Below are positions 26,632-39,722 of a DNA stretch of 64,000 nt, piece after piece. The notes below the pieces were generated by a model. The model was not told the origin of the DNA, did no database searches, and was given only the letters and a program-made list of their open reading frames with translations. The translations under genes and the position numbers were made by a program. Numbering within the stretch: the first letter of the stretch is position 1; each line of letters starts with the position of its first letter. Source of the DNA: Macrostomum lignano (Eukaryota); the NCBI GenBank assembly GCA_002269645.1, contig NIVC01001815.1, forward strand, positions 11,739-75,738, in the 5' to 3' direction.

Positions 26632-29600
26632 GGCAATGGTGCGGGGCCAGTTAGGGCGGTCCGCCAGTACGTATTGCAGCGTTCTCTTCGTTTGGGAAGA
26701 AAGAGGCTCGTCTAGTTGCCCGTAGGAACCGGACGAACGTCATCGATAGATTGTAGTTTCGTAGGTTTGAACCGAGGTGGTTAAGTCGCTCCCTGGTGAA
26801 AAACGGGCATTGACAAAGAAATGATTAGCATCTTCATTGTCGTACTCGCAAAATGGGCACAGTTCATTCCGGATGTCGGCCCCGGAGAAAGCAGTGCCTA
26901 GCGAAGCAGCCATGCCCCGTGAGGGTCATAGCAAGAGCCCGGATGTCCTTCCTGCTTTGGTTCAGGAGGACAGTTTGGAGCTTTCGGGATGGACGAGCGA
27001 CCGCCGCACGTGATTGGCGGCAGGTGGTCAGGTTCATCCATCTGTCCCTGTGCAGGTCGGAGGCCCAGGCATCAATGCTACGATTGATGGTGGCCGCAGG
27101 GATTGGAGCCAAGGGCAGAGGTCCCAGAAGGGAGCCGCTGCTCCCTTGCTTTGCAAGCGAGTCGGCCAGCTCGTTTCCAGGGAAACCCGCGTGACCTGAG
27201 ATCCATTTGAGCTGGACAGCATTTTTGCGTCCCAGCGTAATGAGCATCCGGACGCAGTCAGAGACCGTCCGGGAGGCCGTAGTGGTGTGACAGAGGGCTA
27301 GCAGAGCCGCCTGGCTGTCGGAGTGAAAACGATATAGTTTTTCCGGAGGTGTTTTTGCTGCAAAGCTCTGCAGCGCAAGAGCTAATAGCAAGGACCTCGT
27401 TCTGGAAGACAGTAGAGAGTCTTCCAGTGTGCTGGGCATGCGTGGCGAGCACGCGGCCATTGATGAGAATGCAGATCCCAAAGCCGGAGAGACAGTCTTT
27501 TAGGGATCCGTCTGTGTAGCAGTGGACCTCCTGGGGATTCCAGTGGTCGTTAGCCTCCTCTCCATGAGGAAGAATGACCTTGAATTGAAGACAGAGGTTG
27601 AGCGTTCGAGGTTCCCCGTCCGAAAGGACGTTGAGGCCGCCACTCTCCTGCAGATCTTTGAGACAGAGGTCGGAATGAGACAAAAGCTTGCGCTTAGCCA
27701 CTGCCCTCTGGGGCTTGAGAGTAATGCCGGTGTCGATGAGACGCCGGGCTGCTTTGGCTGCCTCCCTGCGGACGAAAATGTCCAGTGGAGGCAGGTCAAG
27801 GAAGGCGTTGAGGCCGTCGAAGGGAGCCGAGGGCGGGGCGCCCATCATCATTCGACATGCACGCCCCTGCACTCGTTTAAGAGCCTCGAAGCAGGTCTTA
27901 ATCTGCAGGGCACTCGCCCAGATCAGTCCGGCATAGGAGATCGCCGGCCTGACCATAGCAATGTAGATCCACCATAGGCGTTTGGGGTAAGGCCCCAAGT
28001 ATGGCCAACCGCCCTGCGCAGTTGCGCCAGGATCGCGAAGGCCTTCTTAGTCTTGGCATGAACATGCGGGGACCAGTTCAGCCTGTGATCAAGGGTGACC
28101 CCAAGACACTTGACTTGCTTACGGAAGGGGATTTCCTGTCCGTAGAGCGTGAGATGGCGGGATTGCCACTTCGTCCTGCTGGTGAACATAACCACAGCGG
28201 TCTTAGTCTCGGAGAGCTTCAGACCGCATTGGTCCGCCCAACGTTCAGCAGTGTTGATGAAGTTCTGAAGGAGATCACGCAGGGTGTCCGGCGATGGCCC
28301 AGAGGCTACCGCCGTGACATCGTCCGCATAACCGACCTTCAGAATAGGGTTAGGACAGGCGTCCCGTAGGAGCTCGTCGATAACCATGTTCCAGAGAATT
28401 GGAGAGAGAACACCACCCTGCGGACAGCCTTTGCAGACGGGAACCGTCCGTTCATGACCTAGCAGGTGTGCCGTAGCAGATCTGTGGCTAATCATGTACA
28501 TGATCCAGCGCGTGAGGTGAGAATGTGTCATTCTCGTTTGTAGAAAAGGACGTTGTCAAAGGCTCCCACGATATCCAGGAAGACCGCTAGGGCATAGCCG
28601 TTGCACAAGCACAGCTTTCTCCAGCGTGTCCACCAGGATATGCAGCGCACTTTCGCTGGAGAGTCCCGCCCGAAAAGCATGCTGGTTTTTACTAAGCGGC
28701 ATGTTCTTTAGTTCCACGGACTGCAGGCGCCAGAGCACCAGCCGTTCCATCAGTTTGACCATCGAGGAGGTCAAGCTGATTGGTCGAAAGGATTTAACAG
28801 AATGGTAGTCCGGGCGGCCGGGCTTAGGAATGAAAATCACCCTCACCTCAGTCCACGGCTTCGGGACACAACCAAACGTAATGCAGGCTTTAAGAAGCTT
28901 GCACAGGTGCATGAGGAACCTCTTGCATTGGACCGCCTCTCTGATTAGGGCTGGTACGATGCCTCGGGTCCAGGCGCCTTGTAAGGCTTGAAGGAGTTTG
29001 CAGCTTTGATGATGCGCTTCTTCGTGATAAAGGAGGAGGCAAGAAACGACCCGCCTTCGGCATGGTCCGAGGGGTCATTTGTGAGAGCCTCGTTGGGGAA
29101 GGAGGCTGAAAGCATAAGCTCTAGCGTCTCCCCAGGGTTCTCGATATGCGTGCCATCGGCCCGCTTTACCGAGGAAAGTTTGGATATTTTGTCCAAGGTC
29201 AGCGCTTTTACTATGCGGGATGTAGGGCGTGCGCCCTCCAGTTCCTCACAGTATTCACGCCATTTGTTAGCCTTAGCGTTCCTGACCTCCTTTTTGAACT
29301 CATGAATTGCTTCAAGGTAGGCGGTCTCGCTGGGCGTTTAGATTTGGTGGCCCTGCGATGTAACCGTTTGGCTTTGCGGCGAAAGTCGCCACTCTTGGGG
29401 TTCCACCACGGGGCCGACGTTTTGCCCCTGTAGGCTTTAAGCGGGCAGGAGGCCTCGAAAGCAGAGGTTAGCGAATCCGTGAGAACAGCCGCATAATCCT
29501 CCGTTTCTTGGCACGAATCAATGGAGGTAGGAAAGCTGGAAGGTAGGTGTTCCAAAGGGTTGCGTCCAGGGTGAACTTGAAGGCCTCCCAATCGGTGTCC

Positions 29601-32600
29601 CTAGCATTCCGTCTCCAGATGATACGGTCATTGCGCTGTGCGCTGGCCACGTTAAAGGAGATGAGCTTGTGGTCAGAGAGAGACGCCACGCGAAGGACCC
29701 GCCACTCGTCAATCCTCTGGTAGAGTCTTGGTGTGGCAAGTGTGGCATCGATGACCTCCGACCAACGCCCGTTGTCGAAAGTAGGGGTGTTGCCTGAGTT
29801 GCAGAACTCAAGCGTGGTGGTGGCAACATAAGTCTGGAGGTCTTCACCTCTCTGATTAATGTTTGTGCTGCCCCAGTGAGTATGGTGAGCATTTATATCG
29901 CCAGCAACCATTAGCTCGTAGTTTCTGGCAGAACAGAGTTCCACCAGCGAGATAAGCTCTTAAGCCCCCGCGATTCTTGCGCAGCTGCGCAGAGCCGTCG
30001 GCACCACCTGGGGCCTTACCCGAAACGGCTCTGGTGGATCTATACCGCAATGGTCCGACCGGCCGTTACTTACGCAGGCCTGGTCTGGACCAGCGCCTTG
30101 CAAATTAAAACCTGCCACGAAGCCCTCAAAAAGGTGCAGGGACGTGCGTGCCGCATGATCCTGAATGCCCCGCTCTCTGCTCCCTTTGACGGCCTCAACG
30201 CCTTTCTTTGCCTCCCGCCTCTGGACATCTTTGTCCGTCGCGAGGCTGCTAAAACCACCCGCCGGCTCATCGAGGCTGGCGTTAGCTTCAAGCCACAAAG
30301 AGCGATGGCGAAGCGCAAGCTCCTGCCGCACTCTGACCTGAGCCTTAAAGTTCTGGAGGAGAGTGGGAATGCGGCTGTCCTTTCGGACGCTGAGCCGCGC
30401 TCCCTCAATCTCTACCAACGCTTCAAGGTCACTATCCCTCTAGGGAGAACGCCGACGACAGCTGGGCCCCTCAGGAGGTTCACTGCTTTACTGACGGATC
30501 CTCCAAAGACGGTTTAAAAGAGTCTGCATCCTTATCAACGGCCGCGTGATCGCTACTCACGCCCAACACACTGGCAGACTCTCCAGCGTCTTCCAGAACG
30601 AAGTCCTTGCCATCAGCTCCTGTGCAGCTGAGCTCCACTGCAGGGATTTCAAGGACAGAAGAATTTTCTTCCACTCTGACAGCCAGGCCACTTTGCAGGC
30701 CCTGTGTCACACCACTACGAACTCCCGAACAGTCCGCGACTGTATCGGGCAGCTCAGCAAGCTGGCTCGGAGGAACACCGTCCGGCTTACGTGGATCCCA
30801 GGACACGCCGGCTTCAAAGTTAATGAGCTCGCCGACTCCCTCGCTAAGGCGGGCTGTTCCGGCTCGCCCCTTGGCCCCGTGCCCCTGGCCCCCATCCCCG
30901 CCACAGTCATTAATCGTGAGATTAACGACTGGGTGGACATCCTGCACTTGCGCAGATGGGATGGTATCTCCAACTGCCGCCAATCTCGTGCGGCAGTGCC
31001 CAATCCGTCCCTCAAGCTGCGGAGAATCCTTTTGAACCAAAATCGAAAAGATATCCGCGCTCTCACTATGACCTTCACAGGTCACGGTTGCTTTGCCAGG
31101 CACTGTTTCCTCCGAAGTTCCCGCCGGAGCGAACTCTGCCATTTCTGCAACCTCGAGAACGAAGACGCCAAGCACTTCGTCTGCTACTGCCCGGCCTTCA
31201 ACCGAGACTGGCTCAACTACCTCGGGCCCAACCCGTCCCTGGACGACGTTTGCCGGCCCGAGAACATCCCACGGCTCATCCGGTTTCTCCGGGCCACCAA
31301 GCGAGCCTCCGTCTTCCCCACCGAAGACAACGCTGCAGACAGGACCGGCAGACCTCCCTGACCGGCCCCGCGCCCTAGCCTATGCGGGTTTTTCAGGGAT
31401 TAGCGGAATGGGCGACGCTCGCCTCCCTGCTGCGTCTTCGGGCCGCCCTGCAGCTAAGTCAAGTAAGTCAAGAAGAGATAAGCTCTTCCGAGACAACAGC
31501 CTTGTCTCCCGGTAAATAAACCGAGGCGATCAGGGCCGTCTTTCCCGGTAGGAGGTTTTCCGTTTGATGACGCAGAGGTCCCCATTTGAAAGGTCTCCTC
31601 TGAGCCAAGCATTGAAGGAGTTCACCACGTAGATGCAAGCTCTAGGTGGCGGTGTTCCTTCTCTTGGGCATGTGCTAAAACACTGATACCCACCGGGCAT
31701 GTGTTGGGGCTTTCCTTTAACAGTCCAAGGTTCTTGGACTAGGATGAGACCCGGCTTGTCACGCTCGGCATGCCTGATGAGGTTCACCGAAGCTGCGACG
31801 CTGTGCTGCAGATTTATCTGCAGACATTCGACCCCTGTAGCATTACTAGACATGGCTAGTTGCTCGAGGATTCGCGTAGCAGCTCCTCTTCCATCTCTTC
31901 TGAGATAGAGGGTCTGCTGACCTCCATGGGCTCCTCATAATCCACAGCGTGCGGCGCGGAGAGCGTGGTGGTGCCTGCGGCTGGCGAGAGCCTGGACCGC
32001 TTCGCTTCACCCTCCTCATCCTGTGCCGCAGCGTGGACGCTGGGGGAGTCCTGAACCGAGCTGGCGGGCAGGTCATGGTTGGCGGTGGTTTCTGCCTGAT
32101 GGCCGGATTCCTCAGCCCAGTCAGTACCCGCCGAACCATCACTTCCTGACCCACACAGCCCGGTTTGAGGAGGGTCTTTTTCGGCGCGTCGACGCTCCAG
32201 GTGTTCCAGGAGGTCGTGGGCCTGCGCCGGCGCACGCTGAACCAGACCCGACTTGCGAGTGCTGCGGGCAGGTTTTCGGCAGCACGAACTGCCTTATTAA
32301 GGTGGAGATCCACCGACCGCAGGTCTTGGGCAGCCGCGTCCTTTCCCTTGGGAGGTGCGGTGCGCTTAGTCGGCTTAGCTTCAGCCTTACCTTCCTCGCA
32401 TCGGAGGAAAGTCAGCTGATGCAGGCCGATGCAGATGGTGTTGTGCGGAACCCGCTTAGACCATTCGTCAGAGAGCCCCATGATCGCCGTAAAGCCCTCC
32501 GCACCTTTCCGGGCGGAGCCATGGCAGTAGAGCTCACTGGCGTTAAGGTCAGGGAAGCGGTTGAGCATGAGAAGCCTCAGCTGCTCCCCGGACTTGATGG

Positions 32601-33613
32601 CGCTCATGGCCGGGATCCAAACACGGAAGCGTTGGGTCCTCTTGCGTTCGCCTTCAGAGGCGAAAAAGAGATTGGGAGCTCCTTCTTCCACTTAGCTCGC
32701 TGAGCCGGCGGCTGCTCTCCTCCGATGAGCACCAGAGAAAAATGCAGCCGTCAGTCTTGGCTGATTTGACCACCTCCACGGAGATGCCCTCCATGGTGAG
32801 GTCGATGAGCCCAGCATCGATGGTGCGCCAGGCGTCGTCAAACTCGGTGGCCGTTAGGTTCCTCACCGAGAATGATGGTGGCCGGTGGGAGTGCAGCCCG
32901 TTGAGCCTTGGAGGCGTAGCTCTCCTTGGTCTTGGTCTTGGTGGTGGCAGACGCGGCGGTTCCCGAGGGCCCGGCCGCTGTAGCCTGGTTGGCGGCATGC
33001 TGGAGGGCTGAGGTGTCCTTGAGGGAGGCAGAGCCATCGGCAGAGTCTTTCGGCTCCACCGCGGCTCCATCCTCACCATGGGGCTCCTCCGACGCAGCAC
33101 CGCCAGCCGACCGTGCCAACATGTCTGCAGCAGCTTTTTGTCGCCGCTGCTCGATTTGCGCGCATTGCGGTTGCGTTTGGCTTCAGCGGAACGGCCGCCA
33201 TGGCGGTTTCGCTTGCGCCTTGCGCTCGACTCACCACCGGCGGCACCGGCAGTGGTGTCGGTCTTGTCCCCACCAGTCGGGCTGGGCGGGGCAAAGTTGA
33301 AGCTGCCTTTGGCAGCATCCAGAGCGGCTGGGGTCAACCCAGCTTCATTCGGAGTGGCGGAAGAGGCCATAGCTGGAAGCGAGAAAAGAAGAGAGGTTAA
33401 TGAAGAAAAGAGAGCCGCTCGTGACTGGACTACTCCCCAGCCAAGAGCCCATGGACGCGGCAGACACCGAAGGCTTGGAGTGCACTTTTGGCTGGGCAAA
33501 AACCTGCGGACTGGCCGCATACCCTGTACGGTCAAAGAGTAACACCTCTACGTCAGAGCCGTAGCCAGAGGCACCTGATAGCGCACAGGTACGCGAAACT
33601 GCGGACTGGCCGC
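26632..33613 (-). mobile_element. Full-length non-LTR retrotransposon (ORF1 plus APE-RT-RNase H ORF2; R1/LOA-like), frameshifted, inserted within (GACA)n
   Basis: ORF1 runs from ATG 33370 to about 31846. ORF2 starts at ATG 31853 and shows APE motifs (LQINLQHS, LVQEPW, AGDINAHH, SDHKLI), RT motifs (FRPISLTS, QHAFRAG, GCPQGGVLSP, YADD), RNase H motifs (CYTDGS, VFQNEVLAI, LKWISGHAG..GNELADSLAK) and a C-terminal C-x-F-C..H knuckle. Clade assignment is from domain order and memory. Confidence 0.93.
29962..31474 (+). mobile_element. 5'-truncated sister-family LINE inserted antisense into the endonuclease domain of the host LINE
   Basis: Encodes the RT C-terminus and RNase H paralogous to 27998-26660. 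3' tail TAAGTCAAGTAAGTCAAG. 13-bp TSD GAGATAAGCTCTT at 29949-29961 and 31475-31487. Removing the insert restores host ...VVSEELISLVELCSARNYEL. Confidence 0.93.
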
Positions 33614-33840
<227 letters not shown>

Positions 33841-35970
33841 CCACCTCTCATAAAATTTAAACCCGCGCAGTTAATAACTAGAGGTTTTGTTCCAGTACGT
33901 GCAGCTACATGTACATTATGCATGCTATGTCGTGTAGAACTGTAGAGCAAAATGCCTCTAAAGTCAAAGCCAGTTTCAATTTTCGAATGAATCGTGTGGC
34001 ATGTTGCGTCCAGACTTTTATCGAATCTAGTAACTCCTAGCTGTCCCTGAAAGAAGCTTAGATAATGCAATGTGCGCATAAAATGCATACTTGATTAAAA
34101 TGAGGAACAGTACATTTTCGGTTCGCATAGCGAAATTACTCGTAGATGTACATGAGTGTAGATAAGATAATGGACGTGTGTTGAGCCGCTGTGTGAATGC
34201 TTTGTTTTTTATTTGGCCTTCTACAAGTGTTATATAGCTCCAAAAGAAATTTTGCTTGATTTGGGCCCTCTACCGTGCAGCCACTTACGAACTCTTCAAT
34301 TATGGTAAGCTGACGTGTAACAATTATCATTTTGGAGTTTACTTTGAAGTTGCATTTTATCGTGCAACTTCGTACAAGCTCTTGATCGATTTAATTTTTT
34401 GTATAGTATTCATACATTCAACCATGAAAATACATGTCTATCTTCATTGATCGACGTTAGTTGAAAAATCAGTTTTGCTTACTAAAATTTGAATAAACGG
34501 TTTGTTTTTATCTAAATTTTGCTAGCTTTATCTATTCAATCAATGATTTTATAATTGTCTTCTTGCATGAAAGTTCCAAGCGATTTTTAATCCTTAACTT
34601 TCAGCTATATTATTATACATGCTTTTATCTTTGTGACAGAAAATTTAATTTTAGGGCATCAAAAGTCATTATCAATGAAAATTACATCCAAGTCGTACCA
34701 GTAAAGACCATTGGCTAGGCTAGACCATTGCAACAACATCACTTCCATTAGTTCCTGCCCCATAGATCCACAAAATTAATAGCCAACGCAAATGAAAAAT
34801 AATATTTAGCAGCTTTGAATGTTTCAATATGTATAGGTTGCAATAAAATTTATTATAGTATTTGATTTGGCTCGAGTTCGGATTGTCGCACGAACAATAA
34901 GTTTTCCATGAACCGCGACTTAAGTTAACTACACAAATCAGAAATTTCTATCATGGTTTACAAATGCGGACCTGAAAACTTTTCCTATAGTGACTTAAGT
35001 TTAAAATAAAGCTATAATTTCTTTAGCTTGTAACTTTTTGACTGCTTTGCTAATTTTTTAGGCAAAAATTCGTAAATTCAATCAACTATATCAAAGACAG
35101 CTTAGCCTTAATTTGAAAAACTTAAACAGGTGAGCTTATTATTAAGATACAAATCTACTTGTTTAATCAAATTATATTTGAATTCAATTAGTCAAGTATA
35201 AATTCTTATTTGATTTTTATTTTCTTTGTACATCTGCATTTTTCCTAGACTCCTGGATAGTTGTATCAATATTTCTGCAGAAATATTTTATATTCTATTT
35301 TAATTTAACTGAGGTCTTAGAAGTCTAGAAACATTTATTTTAAGTAATTTTAATTACTTTATTTTTTTTTAATTTGTTTTAGTCCTTCCTGCTATCTAGA
35401 GTTTTTAGGCTTAGCCATTTAATTTTTCTCTTTAAAAGGAATATATTTTCATGAAAATATGAATCCAAAGATATTTTAGACAAACTATTTTTGCTAGCTA
35501 TTTCTTTTCATAACTTATAGATAATTGTTGATTTTTTATCAATGTACTTTTGTCTTTTTTAATTTCAACCATTTCAAGTAATATTGTAATACTGATTCAA
35601 TAGACTTATAATATAATAAAATTTAGTGTAATCAAATTCATTAGGAATTTAGATATTCAATAGTAATGTGAATCCTAAATGAGGTTTTGGAAAATTGGCA
35701 TAGAACTAAGTATTGAACAAAGCTGATCTATTAAATACTATTTTTTGTGCTTTTGGAAAACTATAATAGCTTTTTATCATGATCAAAATGACTTGTAAAC
35801 TATTTTTTTAATGAAGATTGAATTATAATGTAAATGTATCAAATATTCTTGACACCAATAAGGAAGTATACTTGCTTTTATGCCAGGATATCAAAGATTA
35901 AATTTCAAAATGTTACCAAAGTTGTTTCTGAGCTTTAGTGTCCTCCCTGATTTCTTCCTTTTTTGTAGCT

Positions 35971-38900
35971 ATGCGCTTGCTTCTAAGTTCACAGATTGCT
36001 AGAACTCTTCTAAGCCTATCTAGTCGCGCAATGTCGTCATCATCTTACAAAAGCCTGCTGCGTGAGAAAGCCTTTGTCAATGGCCAATGGGTGAATGCAG
36101 CCAATCGAGAGAGCTTCCCAGTCTACAATCCGGCAAATGGGGAACTTGTCTGCAAGGTGCCAGACATGGGAGCTGCTGATGCAACAGCCGCCATTGCGCA
36201 TGCTCAGGTGATTATTTGGTGTTAATATTACTTTTTTATTTTTTTATTAGAGGCAGAGGGGTTGTGTGCACCTTGGCGCACTTTAAGCGACATAGGCACG
36301 CAACCGGCGAGAGGCATTACTGCCCATTCCGCCGACTCCCCTGAGCAGGCATACAAGCATGCGGATACGTACGCAGGCACAGACTCACACAAGAGTGTAC
36401 AGCGGCCCTAACTTTATATTATCGTTAGGCATGTACACTTCACTGCGCCTTGGGGGTTGGCTCTCAAGGCCGTTAATTGCACGAGCAGAGCCAAGCCGAG
36501 ATTCCAATTCAGCCCCAAATTAATGTGACTGCACTTGGAATCGAGCCTGGGTCGCTGGCACCCCAGAGCAGCTGCGCTACCGCTGGGCTACGGCCCCCCT
36601 TTGATATTAATATTACTTCTATCTTGTACTTGAGTTGCCCTTTTGCGATAAAGTGTGACAGCTTTTCAAATTAGAAGTGACCGATTGTCAAATTAGGAGT
36701 GACAGATTCTGAAATTAAGAGTGACAGCTTGCCAAATCAGGAGTGACAGCTTGTCTAATTAGGAGTTACAGATTCTGAAATAAAGAGTAGCTTGTCAAAT
36801 CAGGAGTGACAGATTCTGAAATTAAGAGTGACAGCTTGTCAAATTAGGAGTGACAGATGGTCAAGTTAGGAGTGACAGATGGTCAAATTAGGAGTGACAG
36901 ATGGTATAATAAGGAGTGACAGATGGTCCAATTAGGAGTGACAGATGGTCAAATTAGGAGTGACAGATGGTATAATAAGGAGTGACAGATGGTCCAATTA
37001 GGAGTGACAGATGGTCAAGTTAGGAGTGAGGAACTCAAAGTGAAAACCATCAGTTAATAAATTAATGTACAAGAAAAGTCTGCAGCTTCACCCGCAGCTC
37101 GCATCTGTCACTCGGCTCCCCGCAGGTCGCATTTGAAGCCTGGCGCGGCAAGACGCCATCTCAGCGAGCTGCTCTTCTGCACAGCTGGGAGCGCCTGATC
37201 CAGGACCGCTGCGAGGACCTCGCCGCTCTCATGACCCTGGAGAACGGCAAGCCGCTCGCCGAATCTCGCGGCGAGGTCGCCTACGGTGCCTCCTTTATTC
37301 GCTGGTTCGCCGAAGAGGGCATTCGGTCACCGGCCAGACTCTGCAGGGCCCGACGCCTGACAAGCGAATTTTCACGCTCAAGCAGCCGCAGGGTGAGTCA
37401 AATCAGGCATTGCCTTCTTTGACTTGATTGGGTCAGTGTGCCTGACCTGTCATTGGGTCACTGGTGTGCCTGACCTGTCATTGGGTCACTGTCTAGTGTG
37501 CCTGACCTGTCATTGGGTCACTGTCTAGTGTGCCTGACCTGTCATTGGGTCACTGGTGTGCCTGACCTGTCACAGGGTCACTGGCGCCTTACCTAGAGCT
37601 TGACCTCCCCTGAACCCCAACCGCAGGCGTGTGCGGCATGATCACCCCGTGGAATTTCCCCGCCGCCATGATCACCCGAAAGGCTGGCGCCGCCCTCGCC
37701 GCCGGATGCACGGTGGTGATCAAGCCGGCCGAGGACACACCGCTGACGGCCCTGGCCCTGTGCCAACTGGCCGCCGACGCCCTGCTGCCGCCAGGTGCCC
37801 TCAATGTGGTCACGTGCTCGCGAAGCCGAGCTGCCGAAGTTGGCCGAGTTCTGACCACCGACCCGGCCGTGAAGCACGTGAGCTTCACCGGCAGCACGGA
37901 CACGGGCAAGCTGCTGCTGGCACAGGCCTCCAGTACGGTGAAGCGAGTCACCATGGAGCTCGGCGGCAATGCTCCGTTTATTGTGTTCGATTCGGCCGAT
38001 GTTGACAAGGCTGTGAGATTTTTTGGGGGGGGGGGGGAAGGGGTGTTCTTCTTCACACAAACTCAAATCTTCACACAAGCTCAAATCTTCACACAAACTC
38101 AAATCTTCATAAAAAGCTCAAATCTTCACACAAGCTCGAATCTTCACACAAGCTCTAATTTTCACACAAACTCTAATCTTAACACAAATTCTAATCTTCA
38201 CACAAACTCAAATCTTCACACAAAAATCTTTACACAAGCTCAAATCTTCACACAATCTCAAATCTTCACACAAGCTCGAAACTTCCACCATCTCTGCAAT
38301 GTTTACACTGTTTTCAAGTATGTATAACTTGTCAAAGACGGAAAAAACTATAATTCTTTTGTTTACTTCGTATCAAATGTCAAGTTATCACTGCCTGAAC
38401 AAATTTAGTTCTAGCAAAACATTTCCCCCTATTCACCGCAGGTGGCAGGCCTCATTCAGGCCAAATTTCGCAACACGGGCCAGACTTGCGTTTGTCCCAA
38501 CCGGATTTTCTTGCAGCGCCGCGTTAGCCAAAAGTTTCTGGCTAAGCTGTGCGAACGGGTTGCCGAAATGAAAGTTGGCGATGGCTTCGAGGTTTGTTGG
38601 CTGTTGGGTTGCTGGGGAATTGCCTCAAGTGCTCACGGCCTCATGAGGAAGCAATTTAGCACAAGCAATCAAGGAGAATTTGATAAGGGGTCAGAGGGGG
38701 AATTGCACAAGCGGTCAGAGGGGGGAATCGCACAAGCGGTCAGAGGGAGGAATTGCACCAACCCCTCCCCCAACCGTGCAGGCGGGCACTCAACTGGGCC
38801 CGCTGATCAACGCGGCCGCCGAGTCGAAGCTGGAGCGGCTCCTGGCTGACGCCAAGCAGCGCGGCGGCCGGGTGCTCGCCGGCGGCCAGTCGGTGAAGGT

Positions 38901-39276
38901 CGGCAGCGGCGCCGGCCACTTTTTCCAGCCGACGGTGGTGTCGGGCCTGGGCCGCGACTCCGCCTGCTTTCGCGAGGAGATTTTCGGCCCGCTTGTTGCC
39001 GCGTTCGAGTTCGACAGCGAGGCGGATGTTGTCGAACTGGCGAACGACTGTCGAGTGGGGCTGGCCGGTTATTTCTACTCGGCCGATGTCGGACAGTGCT
39101 GGCGAGTGGCGGAGCAGCTCAATGTTGGCATGGTCGGGGTCAACGAGTCCATGGTGAGCTCCTGCATCGCCCCGTTCGGAGGCTGGAACGAGTCGGGGCT
39201 GGGCAGCGAGTCCGGCGTGGGCTACGGCATCGAGGAGTACCTCAACCTCAAGACTGTCGTGCTGAACTTGGCTTAA
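35971..39276 (+). CDS. ALDH5A1: Succinate-semialdehyde dehydrogenase, mitochondrial; exons 35971-36207, 37126-37392 (1-bp frameshift near 37325), 37627-38012, 38442-38591, 38782-39276
   Basis: Transit-peptide-like N-terminus followed by [70 protein letters not shown], catalytic [19 protein letters not shown] and APFGG. All introns are GT-AG. The missing G restores [24 protein letters not shown]. Confidence 0.93.
36234..36600 (-). mobile_element. tRNA-derived SINE, full-length copy 2, in ALDH5A1 intron 1, with target-site duplication
   Basis: Near-identical to 9853-10213; flanked by TTAATATTACTT at 36222-36233 and 36607-36618 (extends to 19 bp with 2 mismatches). Confidence 0.88.
36680..37030. 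repeat. About 21-bp minisatellite in ALDH5A1 intron 1
   Basis: Unit AATTAGGAGTGACAGATGGTC and variants. Confidence 0.9.
37435..37585. repeat. 28-32-bp minisatellite in ALDH5A1 intron 2
   Basis: Unit GTGTGCCTGACCTGTCATTGGGTCACTG(TCTA), 5 copies. Confidence 0.9.
38048..38285. repeat. 18-bp minisatellite in ALDH5A1 intron 3
   Basis: Unit CTTCACACAAGCTCAAAT with variants. Confidence 0.9.
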
Positions 39277-39348
39277 CCAGGAGCAGCAACTCCAGAGCGT
39301 CACTGTTGGGTTATTTTGGGGCTTGTGTGCAAATTGGCTGTTGGGTTG

Positions 39349-39722
39349 TCGTGCAATTCACAGTCATGAGGGTCAACCCCCCCCCCCTCCCAGGGCACAG
39401 AGAGTGTACATGCTTGGCCGATGTGCACCCTGAGTGATCGTGTGTATGAGTGCGCGCCTGCGTTCAGTATTGGCGCGCTTGTCTACAGCGCTGGTTGTGT
39501 GACGATGTCGCAGAAGGACTGTTCGCAGGCACGCACTCGTACACGCGCTCACTCAGGGTGTGCATCGGCTAAGCATGTACACTTCACTGTGCCTTGGGAG
39601 TTGACCCTCAAGACCGTTAATTGCACGAGCAGAGCCAAGCCGAGATTCCAATTTAGCCCCAAAATTAATGTGACTGCACTAGGAATCGAACCTGGGCCGC
39701 TGGCGCCGCGCTGGACCATCCC
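39349..39722. mobile_element. Two SINE-family copies in inverted, tail-to-tail orientation downstream of the ALDH5A1 stop codon
   Basis: Plus arm 39349-39462; minus arm 39524-39722 carries box B GGTTCGATTCC; first AATAAA at 39773. Confidence 0.75.
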
